The notes: generated by a model from the sequence alone, not told the origin. Shown: positions 38,922 through 50,800, numbered from the stretch's first letter. The stretch: DNA of 64,000 bases from Patescibacteria group bacterium (GCA_026397045.1 JAPLVO010000012.1:10654-74653); one strand, 5' to 3'. Made by a program: numbers and translations.

Positions 38922-40885
38922 GTATATTCGGAGAATTCTACCAAAAACCCATAAAGTTCAAACGGAACAAAAAAGAACTTATAGTGTCTCAAAGCGAGGA
39001 CTGGAGTGCAGCCATCTTATCTGGGTCAAGCGAACTTACAGCCAGCGAATCGACGGTGCCAAGATATATTTATTTAGGCCTGGCGATAGTTTTAACCTTG
39101 GCCACGAGCCTACTACTGTGGAGACTGTTCTCGATCCAGATCGTGCAGGGCCAGCGAAATACGCTGCTGGCTAATGGCAATAGAATAAGGACCACCACAA
39201 TACCAGCCCCAAGGGGCGCAATATATGATCGAAACGGCACGCTCTTGGCAAGAAATAGCGCCCTCTACGACTTGGTAGCCACACCTTCTCAGCTACCCAA
39301 GGCCGATAGCGATATTTCACAAATAGCGGCAGACTTGGCCGTTGTCTTGGGCTCCAGCCAGACCGAGCTTTATCAGAGCCTCATAAATATACAAAAAAGC
39401 GATCAGCCAGAAGTGGTGTTGGCCGCAAATATCGATCGTGAGAAGTCGCTGCAGGTAGAGGAAAAGAGTCGTCTTTTGCAGGGGCTATCGCTGGAAACAA
39501 CACCTCAAAGGGAGTACCTAGATAAAGGCTTGCTTGCTCATTTTTTAGGTTATATAGGTAGGATCTCGCAGGAAGAATGGAAGGAAAATCCCGAATATCG
39601 ACCTGTTGATGTTATCGGGAAGAGCGGAATAGAGAAGAACTATGAGTCAGAGCTCAGAGGTATTGCAGGTAAAGAGCAAGTTGAGGTCGATGCATCTGGG
39701 CGCCCAATAAGGTTTTTAGCCAGAATCGAACCTGTTGCTGGTAAAAATATCAATCTAAGCATCGATTGGGAGCTCCAGCAGCAGATGTATAATTCCGTTA
39801 AATCGGCAGCCGAAAAAGCTGGTTCTAAAGCTGGGTCGGCTGTTTCGCTGGATCCCCAGACGGGAGAAGTTTTAGCAGCAGTCAATTACCCCACCTATGA
39901 TGGCAATTTGTTCGCCAAAGGCATTAGCCAGGCCGATTATAATAATTTGCTCAATGACGAATCAAAGCCTTTGAATAATCGACTCAGCTCTGGTAGCTAT
40001 CCAATCGGTTCGGTGGTAAAGCCCTTTATATCGGCCGCAGCCTTACAGGAAAATGTAATCAATTCTGGCACCTCGGTGGTCGATAAGGGTAAGCTCGAAG
40101 TACCCAACATCTACAATCCCTCAGTGGTCTACACTTTCAAGGGCTGGAAGCCTGAAGGTCTGGGAACTGTCAATGTCGTAAAAGCAATTCAGATGAGCTC
40201 CGATATATTCTTCTATCAGGTGGGCGGCGGCTTCCAGAGCTTTCAGGGCCTCGGGGAGAAACGATTGCTGGATTGGTATTCTAGGTTTGGATTCGGCTCT
40301 AAGACAGGCATTGATATAGGCGAGGAAAGCTCTGGATCGCTACCAAGCCCTGAGCAGAAGAAAAAACAAACCAACGAAGCCTGGTATGTAGGCGATACCT
40401 ATAATATATCTATTGGCCAAGGCGATATGAGAGCCACGCCGTTACAGGTGGCAGTCGCTAATGCTGCAATCGCCAATGGCGGCAAGATAATCAAGCCACA
40501 TTTGCTCCGTAGTACCTCTCAATATGGAGTAGGGCTAAATAATGTTGGCGTGAGTATTGTAAGGTCGAACTTTGTATCCGAGGCCAACTTGCGGCTTATC
40601 CAGCAGGGCATGGAAGATGCCGTAAATGGGGGAACGGCTTGTTGCAGTATCAAATCAGAGGTACCCGTGCAAGTAGCAGGTAAGACCGGCACAGCAGAAA
40701 CCTCATCTGAGGGCTTTGATGGCAAAAATCCCCGAACCAAGCCCCATGCCTGGTTTAGTTCCTACGCACCAGCCATCAATCCCAGAATAGCCACCGTGGT
40801 GATGATCGAAAACTCAGGCGAAGGATCCGAATTCGCAGTGCCCGCAAGCAAGGATATACTCAAGTGGTACTTCGCTAACAGATGA
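38918..40885 (+). CDS. mrdA: Penicillin-binding protein 2 (class B)
   Basis: APRGAIYDRNG, GKSGIE, GSVVKP (SxxK), SSDIFF, AGKTGTAE. Confidence 0.95.
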   Translation: MSIFGEFYQKPIKFKRNKKELIVSQSEDWSAAILSGSSELTASESTVPRYIYLGLAIVLTLATSLLLWRLFSIQIVQGQRNTLLANGNRIRTTTIPAPRGAIYDRNGTLLARNSALYDLVATPSQLPKADSDISQIAADLAVVLGSSQTELYQSLINIQKSDQPEVVLAANIDREKSLQVEEKSRLLQGLSLETTPQREYLDKGLLAHFLGYIGRISQEEWKENPEYRPVDVIGKSGIEKNYESELRGIAGKEQVEVDASGRPIRFLARIEPVAGKNINLSIDWELQQQMYNSVKSAAEKAGSKAGSAVSLDPQTGEVLAAVNYPTYDGNLFAKGISQADYNNLLNDESKPLNNRLSSGSYPIGSVVKPFISAAALQENVINSGTSVVDKGKLEVPNIYNPSVVYTFKGWKPEGLGTVNVVKAIQMSSDIFFYQVGGGFQSFQGLGEKRLLDWYSRFGFGSKTGIDIGEESSGSLPSPEQKKKQTNEAWYVGDTYNISIGQGDMRATPLQVAVANAAIANGGKIIKPHLLRSTSQYGVGLNNVGVSIVRSNFVSEANLRLIQQGMEDAVNGGTACCSIKSEVPVQVAGKTGTAETSSEGFDGKNPRTKPHAWFSSYAPAINPRIATVVMIENSGEGSEFAVPASKDILKWYFANR

Positions 40886-40906
40886 AATAATAATAGGTAG
40901 CGAGGT

Positions 40907-40935
40907 TTGACAGCGGGTCTGATATTTGCGATAAT
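40907..40935 (+). promoter_or_regulatory. greA promoter
   Basis: TTGACA-17nt-GATAAT. Confidence 0.65.
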
Positions 40936-41044
40936 AAAAACAAACAACTAAGAATTATGGTTGATTTGCCCTAGATTTAAATCACGCCTCATGGCGAGTT
41001 TTTCTTTTTAGAGGCTAGTATATTTAGAGAGGTACACCAATACA

Positions 41045-41509
41045 ATGTCCAAACAAAATGATTTTTATTTAACTAAAGAAGGCCTTGCAGAGCTTCAGGC
41101 CGAGCTTGATAACCTTAAAACTACCAAGCGCAAAGAAGTTGCTAATGCCCTTAAAGAGGCTAAAGAATTCGGCGACCTCAGCGAAAATACTGATTGGGAT
41201 GATGCCAAATCTCGGCAGCTCTTTATCGAAGGCCGTATTTCGGAGCTTGATAATATTCTAAAGCACGCTAAAGTAATAGAAAAATCTAACACTAGCTCCG
41301 TGGTTGTAGGCTCTACCGTAGAGGTAGAACTCGAAAATGATCACCATACATTCAGGATTGTCGGCTCCACAGAGGCCAATCCAGATAAGGGTAAGATTTC
41401 CGACGAGTCTCCTATCGGTAAGGCCCTTATGGGCAAGAAAATAGGCGAACACGCAGAGGTCCAAATTCCTGCTGGCTCAATCACCTACCGAATACTAGAT
41501 GTCAAATAG
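41045..41509 (+). CDS. greA: Transcription elongation factor GreA
   Basis: LTKEG, GDLSENTDW, ISDESPIGKAL. Confidence 0.96.
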   Translation: MSKQNDFYLTKEGLAELQAELDNLKTTKRKEVANALKEAKEFGDLSENTDWDDAKSRQLFIEGRISELDNILKHAKVIEKSNTSSVVVGSTVEVELENDHHTFRIVGSTEANPDKGKISDESPIGKALMGKKIGEHAEVQIPAGSITYRILDVK

Positions 41510-41559
41510 GTTCCTGGCGCCTTAGCTTGTTGGCCCATAGTCGGGTATAATTAAAAACT

Positions 41560-43119
41560 ATGAACGATAATAACCAGAGTAACTATTGGCTAGATATATT
41601 AATATCAAGGATAATCACGGCCCACCCAACAGGCGAGCTGATTGTATCTAGTGGTATATCTCCATCGGGTCCGTATCATGTTGGTCATGGCCGAGAGATA
41701 CTCACAGCCGACTCAATTTATCGCGGGTTGCGCGAGGCTGGAAGGCAAGTCCGGCACTTGCACTTCGTGGACGCCCACGATACCCTGCGCAAACGCTACC
41801 CATATCTCCCAGAATCATACGAACAAGAAGCCGGCAAGCCACTATACAAAGTCCCGGCACCAGATGGTAAATCTGAAAATTATGCTAAGCAGTACTTTTC
41901 AGATTATCAAAAGAGCGCTAAAAAGCTGGGGATTGAAATGGAGATAATCTGGACCAACGAACTCTATGAATCTGGTGTATTTTCAGATGCCATTGGGCTT
42001 TGCCTTAGAAAGCGCGACGAAATCGCCAAGATTCTTTTTGATATTAGTGGTCGGGAAGTATCAGAAGATTGGCAGCCTATTCAGATTCTCGATCAATCAA
42101 CAGGCAAGCTCAATACCGCTAAGTTTATAGGTTACGACCATGACACCCAAAAAGCTCATTACTTAGGGGAAGATCAAAATGAATATTTCGCAGATGCCAG
42201 CAAGGGCCAGATTAAGCTGGATTGGCGGCTAGATTGGACAGCTCGCTGGAAACTCTATGGCGTTATGATCGAGGGTTTTGGAAGGGAGCATGCCACTAAA
42301 GGGGGAAGCTATGATACTGGGGTGGTTTTAGCCAAAGAAATATTTGCTATCGATGCGCCAATACCCGTGCCCTATGACACAATCAACCTCAAAGGGGAGT
42401 CTAAAAAGATGAGCTCCTCTCTTGGTAATTTAGTAAGCCTGATAGATTCTCTAGAAATTATTCCGCCAGAGGTGCTCAGATACTTCACTTTCAAGAGCCG
42501 CCCCGAAAAGCAGCTTGGCTTCGACCCCGGGCTGGGCCTCTATACATTAATGGATGAATACGCCAAAACTGAATCAGCCACCTTAGCAGGCGAAGAGCCA
42601 GCTTTTAAGCGAGCCTGGCAGATAGCCAGCTTATCTGGCGATCAGCATGTTGTTAGCACTGTGCCCTTCTCTCATATCGTGACCCTCTACCAGACTGCCA
42701 GAGGAGAAGCTGTTGTTATTCTGGAGATGCTCGAGCGCACTGGCCATAAGGCTGCCGTACAGACCCAATCTGAATCCATACTGCGCGAATTAAAGTATGT
42801 CAAGAATTGGATAGATCGTTATGCCCCGGAAAATATTAAATTTGAAATACAAAAGAAGCTGCCAGAACTTGAAATTAGTAAGGCTCAACATCAGTTCTTG
42901 GCTGGGTTACTCGATAAAATTAAGCCTTCATCCATGCAGGCCGATGAAATCCACAAGGCAGTTTATGACAGCGCTATGGCATCTGATTTGAAGCCAGCTG
43001 AAGCATTTAAGCTTATTTATAGGCTATTTTTAAATAAAGACCAGGGGCCGAAAGTTGGCTTTTTCCTTTCTAGCCTAGACAAAGACTTCGTATTAAATAG
43101 AATTGCACTAAAAGGGTAG
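41560..43119 (+). CDS. lysK: Lysine--tRNA ligase, class I
   Basis: SGISPSGPYHVGH, WRLDWTARW, GREHATKGGSYD, KMSSSLGN, GPKVG. Confidence 0.95.
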   Translation: MNDNNQSNYWLDILISRIITAHPTGELIVSSGISPSGPYHVGHGREILTADSIYRGLREAGRQVRHLHFVDAHDTLRKRYPYLPESYEQEAGKPLYKVPAPDGKSENYAKQYFSDYQKSAKKLGIEMEIIWTNELYESGVFSDAIGLCLRKRDEIAKILFDISGREVSEDWQPIQILDQSTGKLNTAKFIGYDHDTQKAHYLGEDQNEYFADASKGQIKLDWRLDWTARWKLYGVMIEGFGREHATKGGSYDTGVVLAKEIFAIDAPIPVPYDTINLKGESKKMSSSLGNLVSLIDSLEIIPPEVLRYFTFKSRPEKQLGFDPGLGLYTLMDEYAKTESATLAGEEPAFKRAWQIASLSGDQHVVSTVPFSHIVTLYQTARGEAVVILEMLERTGHKAAVQTQSESILRELKYVKNWIDRYAPENIKFEIQKKLPELEISKAQHQFLAGLLDKIKPSSMQADEIHKAVYDSAMASDLKPAEAFKLIYRLFLNKDQGPKVGFFLSSLDKDFVLNRIALKG

Positions 43120-43131
43120 TATAATTAAGCT

Positions 43132-44418
43132 ATGTTAGACATACGATTTATCAGAAAAGATCCAGAGGCCGTTAAGCAAAATGCAATAAATAAGGGCTAC
43201 GAAATCGATATTGCGTCCATCCTTGATTTGGATGAGAACCGTCGAGATCTTATTCTTAAAACCGAAACTCTGCGCGAGCGGCGCAACGACTTGTCTAAAT
43301 CTAAAGACCAAACTTCAGATACAATCTCTGAAGCCAAGGCTATTCGAACAGAATTGGCTGGGTTAGAGAGCGAATTGGCCGTCATCGAGGAAAAATTGAA
43401 CTTAAAGCTCAGAGTAGTACCAAATATGGCGCTCAAAGAAGTCCCTATCGGAAAATCAGAAAACGATAATGTCGTCCTAAAGACAGTCGGGACTAAGCCT
43501 GAATTTGATTTCAAGCCTAAAAGCGATGAAGAGCTTGGCGAATTACACGGCTTTATTGACAAGCAGAGGGCTGCAAAAGTGGCTGGGGCCAGATTCGCCT
43601 ATCTAAAAGGTAAAATTGTTCGGTTGCAGTTTTCCCTCATCGAAATGGTGATGGATATACTAACCGACGAAATAGTCATTAAAGAAATAATCAAAACGCA
43701 GGGCCTTAATATAAAGCCCACTCCATTTGTACCAGTGCTGCCACCATACTTAATAAAAACCGAGCCATATATGGCATCCGGAAGGCTCGATAGCGAAGAA
43801 GTCACCTATAAGCTAGAAAACGACGAACTTTGGCTAAATGCAAGTGCTGAGCATAGCTTGTGTACTATGTATATGAATGAAAAAATCTCTCATAAGGATC
43901 TGCCCATAAGAATGCTTGGCTATTCCACTAGCTTCCGGCGCGAAGCCGGCAGCTATGGTAAAGACAGTGAAGGGCTATTTAGGATGCATCAATTCGATAA
44001 GCTCGAAATGGAAATATTTTCAACAGCTGACACCGGCCAAGAAGAACATAAGCTTCTGGTAGCGCTTCAAGAGTATTTATTGCAGCAATTGGAATTGCCT
44101 TATCAGGTAATACAAAAATGTTCAGCCGATATTGGTAGGCCAAATGCCCAAGGGGTTGATATCGATACCTGGGTCCCTACCCAAAACAAATATCGCGAAA
44201 CTCACACTGCTGACTACATGACAGACTACCAGGCAAGGAGCTTGAATACCAAAGTGAAGCTCGAAAGCGGCGAGTCCGAGTTCGTTCACACCAACGATGC
44301 CACGGCCTTTGCAATGGGCCGGATATTAAAAGCTATCCTGGAGAACTTCCAACAGGCTGATGGTAGAATCAAATTACCAAAAGCCTTGGCGAAGTATTTT
44401 GGAGCCAATGAACTTTAA
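43132..44418 (+). CDS. serS: Serine--tRNA ligase
   Basis: MLDIRFIR, FRREAGSYG..GLFRMHQFDKLE, DYQAR. Confidence 0.97.
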   Translation: MLDIRFIRKDPEAVKQNAINKGYEIDIASILDLDENRRDLILKTETLRERRNDLSKSKDQTSDTISEAKAIRTELAGLESELAVIEEKLNLKLRVVPNMALKEVPIGKSENDNVVLKTVGTKPEFDFKPKSDEELGELHGFIDKQRAAKVAGARFAYLKGKIVRLQFSLIEMVMDILTDEIVIKEIIKTQGLNIKPTPFVPVLPPYLIKTEPYMASGRLDSEEVTYKLENDELWLNASAEHSLCTMYMNEKISHKDLPIRMLGYSTSFRREAGSYGKDSEGLFRMHQFDKLEMEIFSTADTGQEEHKLLVALQEYLLQQLELPYQVIQKCSADIGRPNAQGVDIDTWVPTQNKYRETHTADYMTDYQARSLNTKVKLESGESEFVHTNDATAFAMGRILKAILENFQQADGRIKLPKALAKYFGANEL

Positions 44419-44436
44419 TTAATAAAGGAGGTCCTC

Positions 44437-44793
44437 ATGATAAAGATCCAGCTAACAGGGCGTAAATTTGAGATTGAACCAGAAATCAAGAAGTATGTCG
44501 AGCGAAAGCTCGGAGGATTAGATAAATATTTGCCTCGCGGCCATATCAACCAGGGCATGAGCGTAGAAATATTAAAGGACCCATCAGGCAAGGAAGATAA
44601 TCGCTATAAGGTCATCGCCGTTCTAAAAGTGCAGGGGCCAGATCTAGTGGCCGAGACTGCCACCATAAACCCACATTCGGCCATTGATATCGTGGAACAA
44701 AAGTTAAAAATCCAAATACGGAAGTATAAGGAAAAGCAAAAACCTCGTCGCATCGGCATTAAAGAGCTGTTTGATAAAATCAGATCGCACTAA
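44437..44793 (+). CDS. hpf: Ribosome hibernation factor (short HPF/RaiA)
   Basis: IQLTGRKFEI..IKKYVERKL, SAIDIVEQKL..QIRKYK; upstream of secA. Confidence 0.88.
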   Translation: MIKIQLTGRKFEIEPEIKKYVERKLGGLDKYLPRGHINQGMSVEILKDPSGKEDNRYKVIAVLKVQGPDLVAETATINPHSAIDIVEQKLKIQIRKYKEKQKPRRIGIKELFDKIRSH

Positions 44794-44820
44794 CCAAGCG
44801 ACTCCTGTATAATATAAATT

Positions 44821-47415
44821 ATGTCATTTATAACCAAAATATTTGGTGACCCAAACGAGCGGGAAATCAAAAAAGATCGATTAATAGTCGATAAGATTAA
44901 TGCCTTAGAAGCTAATACCAAAGCCCTGACTGATAAGCAGCTAACAGCCAAGACGGCTGAGTTTAAAAAGAGGCTTGGCAAACAGGAAACTCTGGATGAT
45001 ATCCTACCAGAAGCCTTTGCTGTAGTTCGTGAGGCTTCAAGGCGCCGGCTAGGCCAAAGACACTTCGATGTACAGCTCATCGGCGGGATTGTTTTGCATG
45101 AAGGTAAAATCGCCGAAATGCGTACTGGAGAGGGCAAGACCTTGGTTGCAACGCTAGCTTTGTATCTAAATGCCCTGGAAGGCAAGGGCGCTCATTTGGT
45201 TACCGTTAACGACTATTTGGCCAGGATCGGTGTAGGCTGGATGGGTGAAATATATCATTCTTTGGGGCTTTCTTCGGCCGTTGTTTTGCCACAGGGAGCA
45301 TTTTTGTTCGATCCAGACTTCAGCGACGAGTCCCACCACGATCCACGCCTATGGCACCTTAGGCCTATCACCAAGCAAGAGGCTTATCGAGCCGATATCA
45401 CTTATGGCACAAATAACGAGTATGGTTTTGATTACTTGCGCGATAATATGGTTTCGGATTTAGATCAATGTTCACAGCGAAAGCTAAACTATGCGATAGT
45501 CGACGAAGTAGATTCTATCTTGATAGATGAAGCCCGTACGCCACTTATTATTTCTCAGCCCGCAGGCAAAAGCACTGAGCGATATCAGTCTTTCGCTAAG
45601 CTCGCTACCAAACTCAAGCGGGATACAGATTACACCGTAGATGAAAAACAGAAGGCCGTGAGCCTAACCCCCAAAGGCATCACCCAGATAGAAGTCGATC
45701 TAGGTGTGGAAAATGTCTACGATGCCGAGCACATCGAATATGTACACCACATCGAGCAGAGTCTTAAGGCCGAGGCTTTATTCGTGAAAGACAAAGATTA
45801 TGTGGTTAGTGAGGGCGAGATAGTTATTGTCGATGAGTTCACCGGTAGGCTATTGGCAGGCCGTCGCTACTCGGAGGGTCTACACCAGGCTATTGAAGCC
45901 AAAGAAGGCGTGATTGTCCAGGCAGAATCCCAGACCTTAGCCACGATCACCTTCCAGAATTACTTCAGGCTTTACGGTAAGCTATCTGGGATGACAGGTA
46001 CTGCCCAGACCGAGGCCGAAGAGTTCGCAAAAATATACAAGCTCGAAGTTACCCGAATTCCTACCCATAGGACCATGATAAGAACCGACCTCAAAGACCG
46101 TATTTATAAATCCGAGGCTACCAAGTTTGCTGCTGTAGTTGAGGAAGTCAGGGTTAGGATCGCTAAAGGTCAGCCCGTACTGCTGGGTACTTCTAGTATT
46201 GAAAAGAACGAAATAATGAGCCAGCTACTATCTAAGGCGGGTATCGCCCATGAGCTACTAAATGCCAAAAACAATGAGAGAGAAGCCGAAATTGTGGCTT
46301 TGGCGGGCCAGCAAAAGTCTGTCACCTTGGCCACCAACATCGCAGGCCGCGGGACCGATATAGTGCTAGGCGAAGGAGTCAAGGAGCTAGGTGGGCTGCA
46401 TGTAATAGGCACAGAGCGCCATGAATCTAGGCGCATTGATAATCAGCTCCGGGGTAGGGCTGGGCGGCAGGGCGATCCAGGATCGAGCCAGTTTTTTGTT
46501 AGTGTTGAGGATGATCTTATGCGAATATTTGGTGGAGAACGAATTGGCTCACTGATGTCAGGCTTGAATTTGCCAGACGACATGCCAATAGAGAATAGTG
46601 TTATATCTAAGTCGCTCGAAACAGCTCAAAAACGAGTTGAGGGCCAGAACTTCGATGCCCGTAAGCATTTGGTGGAATACGATGATGTAATGAACTCCCA
46701 GCGCGAGATCATCTATGCCAAGCGCCGCAAGTACCTGGAGGGCAAGGACCTCAGAGCCGAAGCAGAGTCCATGTACTCGCAGGAGTTTGGCGATATCGTG
46801 AGCGCTAACACCAATCCCAAGACAGGCTCTGTGGATCTGGTTCAAGTTCAGGCATCGGCAGCTATGATTAGCCCCTTGCCAGACGATTGGTCCAGCAAAA
46901 TTGATACCAAAGTCCCGGATCTGATCACCAAAGACCTTGTGGCGAGAGTCGGAAATATCCTCGATCAGCGCGGAAAGGATGTCGGTGAAGATGTCCTGGC
47001 AGTTATCCTTAGGCTAGTTTTTTTAAGAACCATCGACAGTGCTTGGCTCGATCACCTCGAGACAATGGATCATCTGCGCGAGGGAATTGGTTTGCGCGGC
47101 TACGGCCAGCGCGACCCTCTTGTCGAATACAAGGCAGAGGCATTTGGGCTATTTACCAGGCTCCAGGCCTCGATTATTTCTGAAGTAGTTACCACTTTGC
47201 CGAAGGTAGATATACGCAAGCAGCCGGAGCATGCCGAGGCCGTTGATACCGAAATAACCTCAGGAGCCGAGATGGCTAATGCCAACATGGAGAGTTCCAT
47301 TAAAAAACAATCTCAAGCGGGTAATGTCAGGACTCAAATAAAGCGCCCCATCAGGCAGCCCGAATTAAAGCCTATGCGTAAAAAATCTAAAAACAAGAAA
47401 AAAAGGCGTAAATAG
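44821..47415 (+). CDS. secA: Protein translocase subunit SecA
   Basis: MRTGEGKT, VDEVDSILIDEARTP, QLRGRAGRQGDPG, QRDPLVEY. Confidence 0.98.
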   Translation: MSFITKIFGDPNEREIKKDRLIVDKINALEANTKALTDKQLTAKTAEFKKRLGKQETLDDILPEAFAVVREASRRRLGQRHFDVQLIGGIVLHEGKIAEMRTGEGKTLVATLALYLNALEGKGAHLVTVNDYLARIGVGWMGEIYHSLGLSSAVVLPQGAFLFDPDFSDESHHDPRLWHLRPITKQEAYRADITYGTNNEYGFDYLRDNMVSDLDQCSQRKLNYAIVDEVDSILIDEARTPLIISQPAGKSTERYQSFAKLATKLKRDTDYTVDEKQKAVSLTPKGITQIEVDLGVENVYDAEHIEYVHHIEQSLKAEALFVKDKDYVVSEGEIVIVDEFTGRLLAGRRYSEGLHQAIEAKEGVIVQAESQTLATITFQNYFRLYGKLSGMTGTAQTEAEEFAKIYKLEVTRIPTHRTMIRTDLKDRIYKSEATKFAAVVEEVRVRIAKGQPVLLGTSSIEKNEIMSQLLSKAGIAHELLNAKNNEREAEIVALAGQQKSVTLATNIAGRGTDIVLGEGVKELGGLHVIGTERHESRRIDNQLRGRAGRQGDPGSSQFFVSVEDDLMRIFGGERIGSLMSGLNLPDDMPIENSVISKSLETAQKRVEGQNFDARKHLVEYDDVMNSQREIIYAKRRKYLEGKDLRAEAESMYSQEFGDIVSANTNPKTGSVDLVQVQASAAMISPLPDDWSSKIDTKVPDLITKDLVARVGNILDQRGKDVGEDVLAVILRLVFLRTIDSAWLDHLETMDHLREGIGLRGYGQRDPLVEYKAEAFGLFTRLQASIISEVVTTLPKVDIRKQPEHAEAVDTEITSGAEMANANMESSIKKQSQAGNVRTQIKRPIRQPELKPMRKKSKNKKKRRK

Positions 47416-47482
47416 CTCCTGATAGCTATTGATTATTTATAAGGTATTTAGTATTATAAACATAACTACTTAAGGAGGGTTA

Positions 47483-47809
47483 ATGAAAGATAAAACTAAG
47501 GATAGGGTAAGTTCGGTTCAGCTCGAGATCTTCGCAGAAAACTTACTCGAAGAAAAGCCCCTCTATAATATCGACGAAGAAACTATTGTCCAGATGAGAG
47601 AGGACCTGGTAGATAGACTTGTCCAGGTTACCAATAAAACCATAGTCGAAAACATCCCTGCCGAAAAACTATTTGATTTTGAGAAGCTTATCGATTCCTC
47701 ACCCAAACCTTCCGAAATCCAGGCTTTTATCGAAGATAATGTTCCAGAGTTGGCACCAAAACTCACTGAAGCCTACTTTAATTTCCGTAAAATATACTTA
47801 GGTTTGTAA
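47483..47809 (+). CDS. Small acidic helical protein (resembles the CPR DUF5663-type family)
   Basis: TTGATT-17-TATTAT promoter and AAGGAGG SD; family resemblance is from memory only. Confidence 0.7.
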   Translation: MKDKTKDRVSSVQLEIFAENLLEEKPLYNIDEETIVQMREDLVDRLVQVTNKTIVENIPAEKLFDFEKLIDSSPKPSEIQAFIEDNVPELAPKLTEAYFNFRKIYLGL

Positions 47810-47821
47810 GGTATAAGTATT

Positions 47822-50800
47822 TTGCCTAATAAACTCTCATCCCCCAGCCCCTCATATTCCAGCCCCTTATCTCCAAGTCCTTATGAGGGTCTCACCGGAA
47901 AATCTAAAGTTGGCAGCACGCCTTCACTTGACGGTATTACCCCTACAGCTCTGGGCAATCCCGACGGCAGCGATCTTGCAGGATCAACATCAGAAAAGCG
48001 ACCAGGGAGGCCACGGAAAGAACCAGCGAGGAGTTCTGATATAAAACGAATGCCCGAATGGAAGAATACCAACAAGTCCTCTACAGCCAGCCGTTCTTCT
48101 GCAGACGAACCCACGCCTCAGCGCAGTAAGCCAGAAGCTCCTGCACCTCAACCCAAAAAGCAAGAAGCTCTTGCACCCGAACCTGCCCCTGCACCCAGCC
48201 AGCCAGAAGCTCCCGCCCAGGCCGAACAGTCAGCTTCACCGCAGCTCCAAGCGCTGACGGAGCCAAGCCCAAGGGCTGATGAGACGATAGATGATTATTA
48301 CCAGCGGCTATTCGGCTTGAGTTTTGAAGAGGCCCAGGACCGTAAAGGGGATACAAATCTTTTGAGCCCGCAGCAGAAGGGTGCCTTGACAAGAGAACGC
48401 AACAGGCTCGATAAACATCTCCGCAGCCTAGACTCACAAGACAGCGATCTACCAGCTGCGGAAACCAAAAGGCTGCAAGACCTTAATTTCGTGCTGGAAA
48501 ATGCGCAGCCATTTGAACCTGGGAACAACGATGATCCGAATCTCAGATGGCGACTCCCCAGCCTCGCATCCGATAAAATGACGGTTCCTGATGCAACCTC
48601 CGAAACTAACGCCCCGACGCCAACTATCCTTGATCCGCTTACAGTAGCTGACGCTCTAGAAAGCCCGTATACAAGCCTCATAGAATCACTTAGCTTAGAG
48701 CTCGACAGCAGTGAAACCGTCGTCATTGCGGGCCAATCATACAATAAAGGCGATACCGTGTTCTATACTTCAGGTGCAGGCAATGAGGGTGAATATTTCG
48801 TTTTGACAAATACGATTGCAGACCCCCCAGGGTTGGTTTTGCAAAATGTGGAAACGGAACTTGTTTTTGCAATTTCTGGCGATACGGACCCTGCTATGCT
48901 CCGCCCCGGCTCGATTGCTAGTCCTGCTGTAGCGCCCACAGGCGAACCTGCGCTAAATTTCAGGCCATACGACGAAACCGATCCGGTCCTGGGTGGCGGC
49001 ATGGATTCGGAAACCTATAGATTTGATGATATCAAAGATCCAGCCAAGCCTCCTACTGAGGGCCCCATCGATAATCCTCCACAGGAACCAGTTGAAGAGC
49101 CTGAGCCTCCTTCGCCGTCCCCAGACCAAGGGCCTATCATATTGTACTCATTGGACACCACTGAAACAGACAAGGCCTTGTCCTTATTGAAAGCAGATGA
49201 GCAGGTAGATAAAGAGCTTCAGGAAATTCGAAAGGAACTGTTTGAGCCAAAAAACCCATCAGACAGCAGATTCGCAAGGCTGGTTCAGACAGCAGCAAAA
49301 GGGGTTAGATCGACATTTCGTCATCCAATTAAGGCTTTTAAATATATAGCCAGAAGCACAGTAACCAGAGAAGCCACCCGGCAGAGATACGCGAAAGGGC
49401 ACCTAGAAGCCTCCGAAGGAGTCGATTTCCACGACGCTTTAGCTGGGGATGTGGCTAAGCGATTAGACCTTGGGGAGGACTTCTTGCAAAATGGCGAAAG
49501 ACTGCTCGGCGAAGACAACTCTGAAGTCAGAGCAGTTAAGGACGCTTTGAATGTAGTTTTTCAGCAGGGTATTGAAGGAACTACAGACAGGGATTCCACA
49601 CTCAATGACGCCAGGCGTATATTGGCAGAAGCCCCCTGGCTAAAAGGAGGTTCCGATCAAGAAGTCCACATGCTTAAAAATCTTGAAGAGATGTACGATA
49701 GGATAACCATCGCCGTCGAGCACGAATCTGGGCTTGCCGCTATCGATGCCGCCTATCAGCTTAAAGGTGGCGAAGTCACACTTGGCGTAAACTCCGAAGC
49801 CCACAAGACAGCCACAGATAGAATTATGGAAAAACTCACCAATAGTCGGTTCAAAGCCTTGATAGTAAATGAGGCAACAATAGCTATAGCAGTAGGAGTA
49901 GTTGTTAATACGGCAGGTTACCTGGCTCGTAGCAAAGGATCTAGGTATGTCGCGGGGGCGCTGGTAGGTGGTCCTGTCGGTATCGCCTTAGTTGCAGGCT
50001 CAGCTGGTTTGTTTGCCGCGGCGAGAGAACGCACCACCTTGCGCCAAGAGCGGGCCTTAAGAATGTATCAGATAGCCTCGGGCCAATCCGAAGTAGCCAA
50101 TGACAGCGATACGGCTCCTCGATCTACCGAAGTCGATGCCTCACTCTACGAAATGGTATCTGCCAGAGATGTACTCGATGACTTCTCCAGATTAACACCG
50201 GATGATCCGGCGACCTTATCATCATCCGAGGCCAGAGAAATTCTAGCAAGTTTGGTTGCCCTCAGAACCAATCAGAGTATCGGCGACGAATCTTCGATAG
50301 ATCTAATAAAGTATTCCTCCGAGGACATGATTGAGTCCGAAAAGTCGTTATTGATGGTGGCTAGAGCCGAAGCTGAAATATTACTCAGAAATTACTATTC
50401 CAACCATCCAGATGAATTGCCAAATATTGCAGGCAGAAATTTTGATGAAAAAATCGCTGCACTTACGGAACTATCCAAGGCGGACTTAAGCTCTAATGAG
50501 ATAACCGACAGAGACAAAGTTTTCGGTAAGCTAACCAGGAAGCGGGCATTTATGAGGGGTCTTGCTACTGCTGGCTTCGCAGGTGCTGGTAGCTATATAT
50601 CGGCACAGATGAGCGAGCATTTTAGCCATCAAATTGATGGTAAAACTGTTACAGCAGGCAATCTGGCCAATGACCCCACCACCTATAGTTTTAAGGGGGA
50701 CACAATAAATATGCCTAAAGGGTATACGATACAAGGCACCTCGATTCTGGATGGAAATGGCAAACATATTGTGGACGGGCTAGTGCCGAAGGCCGATGGC

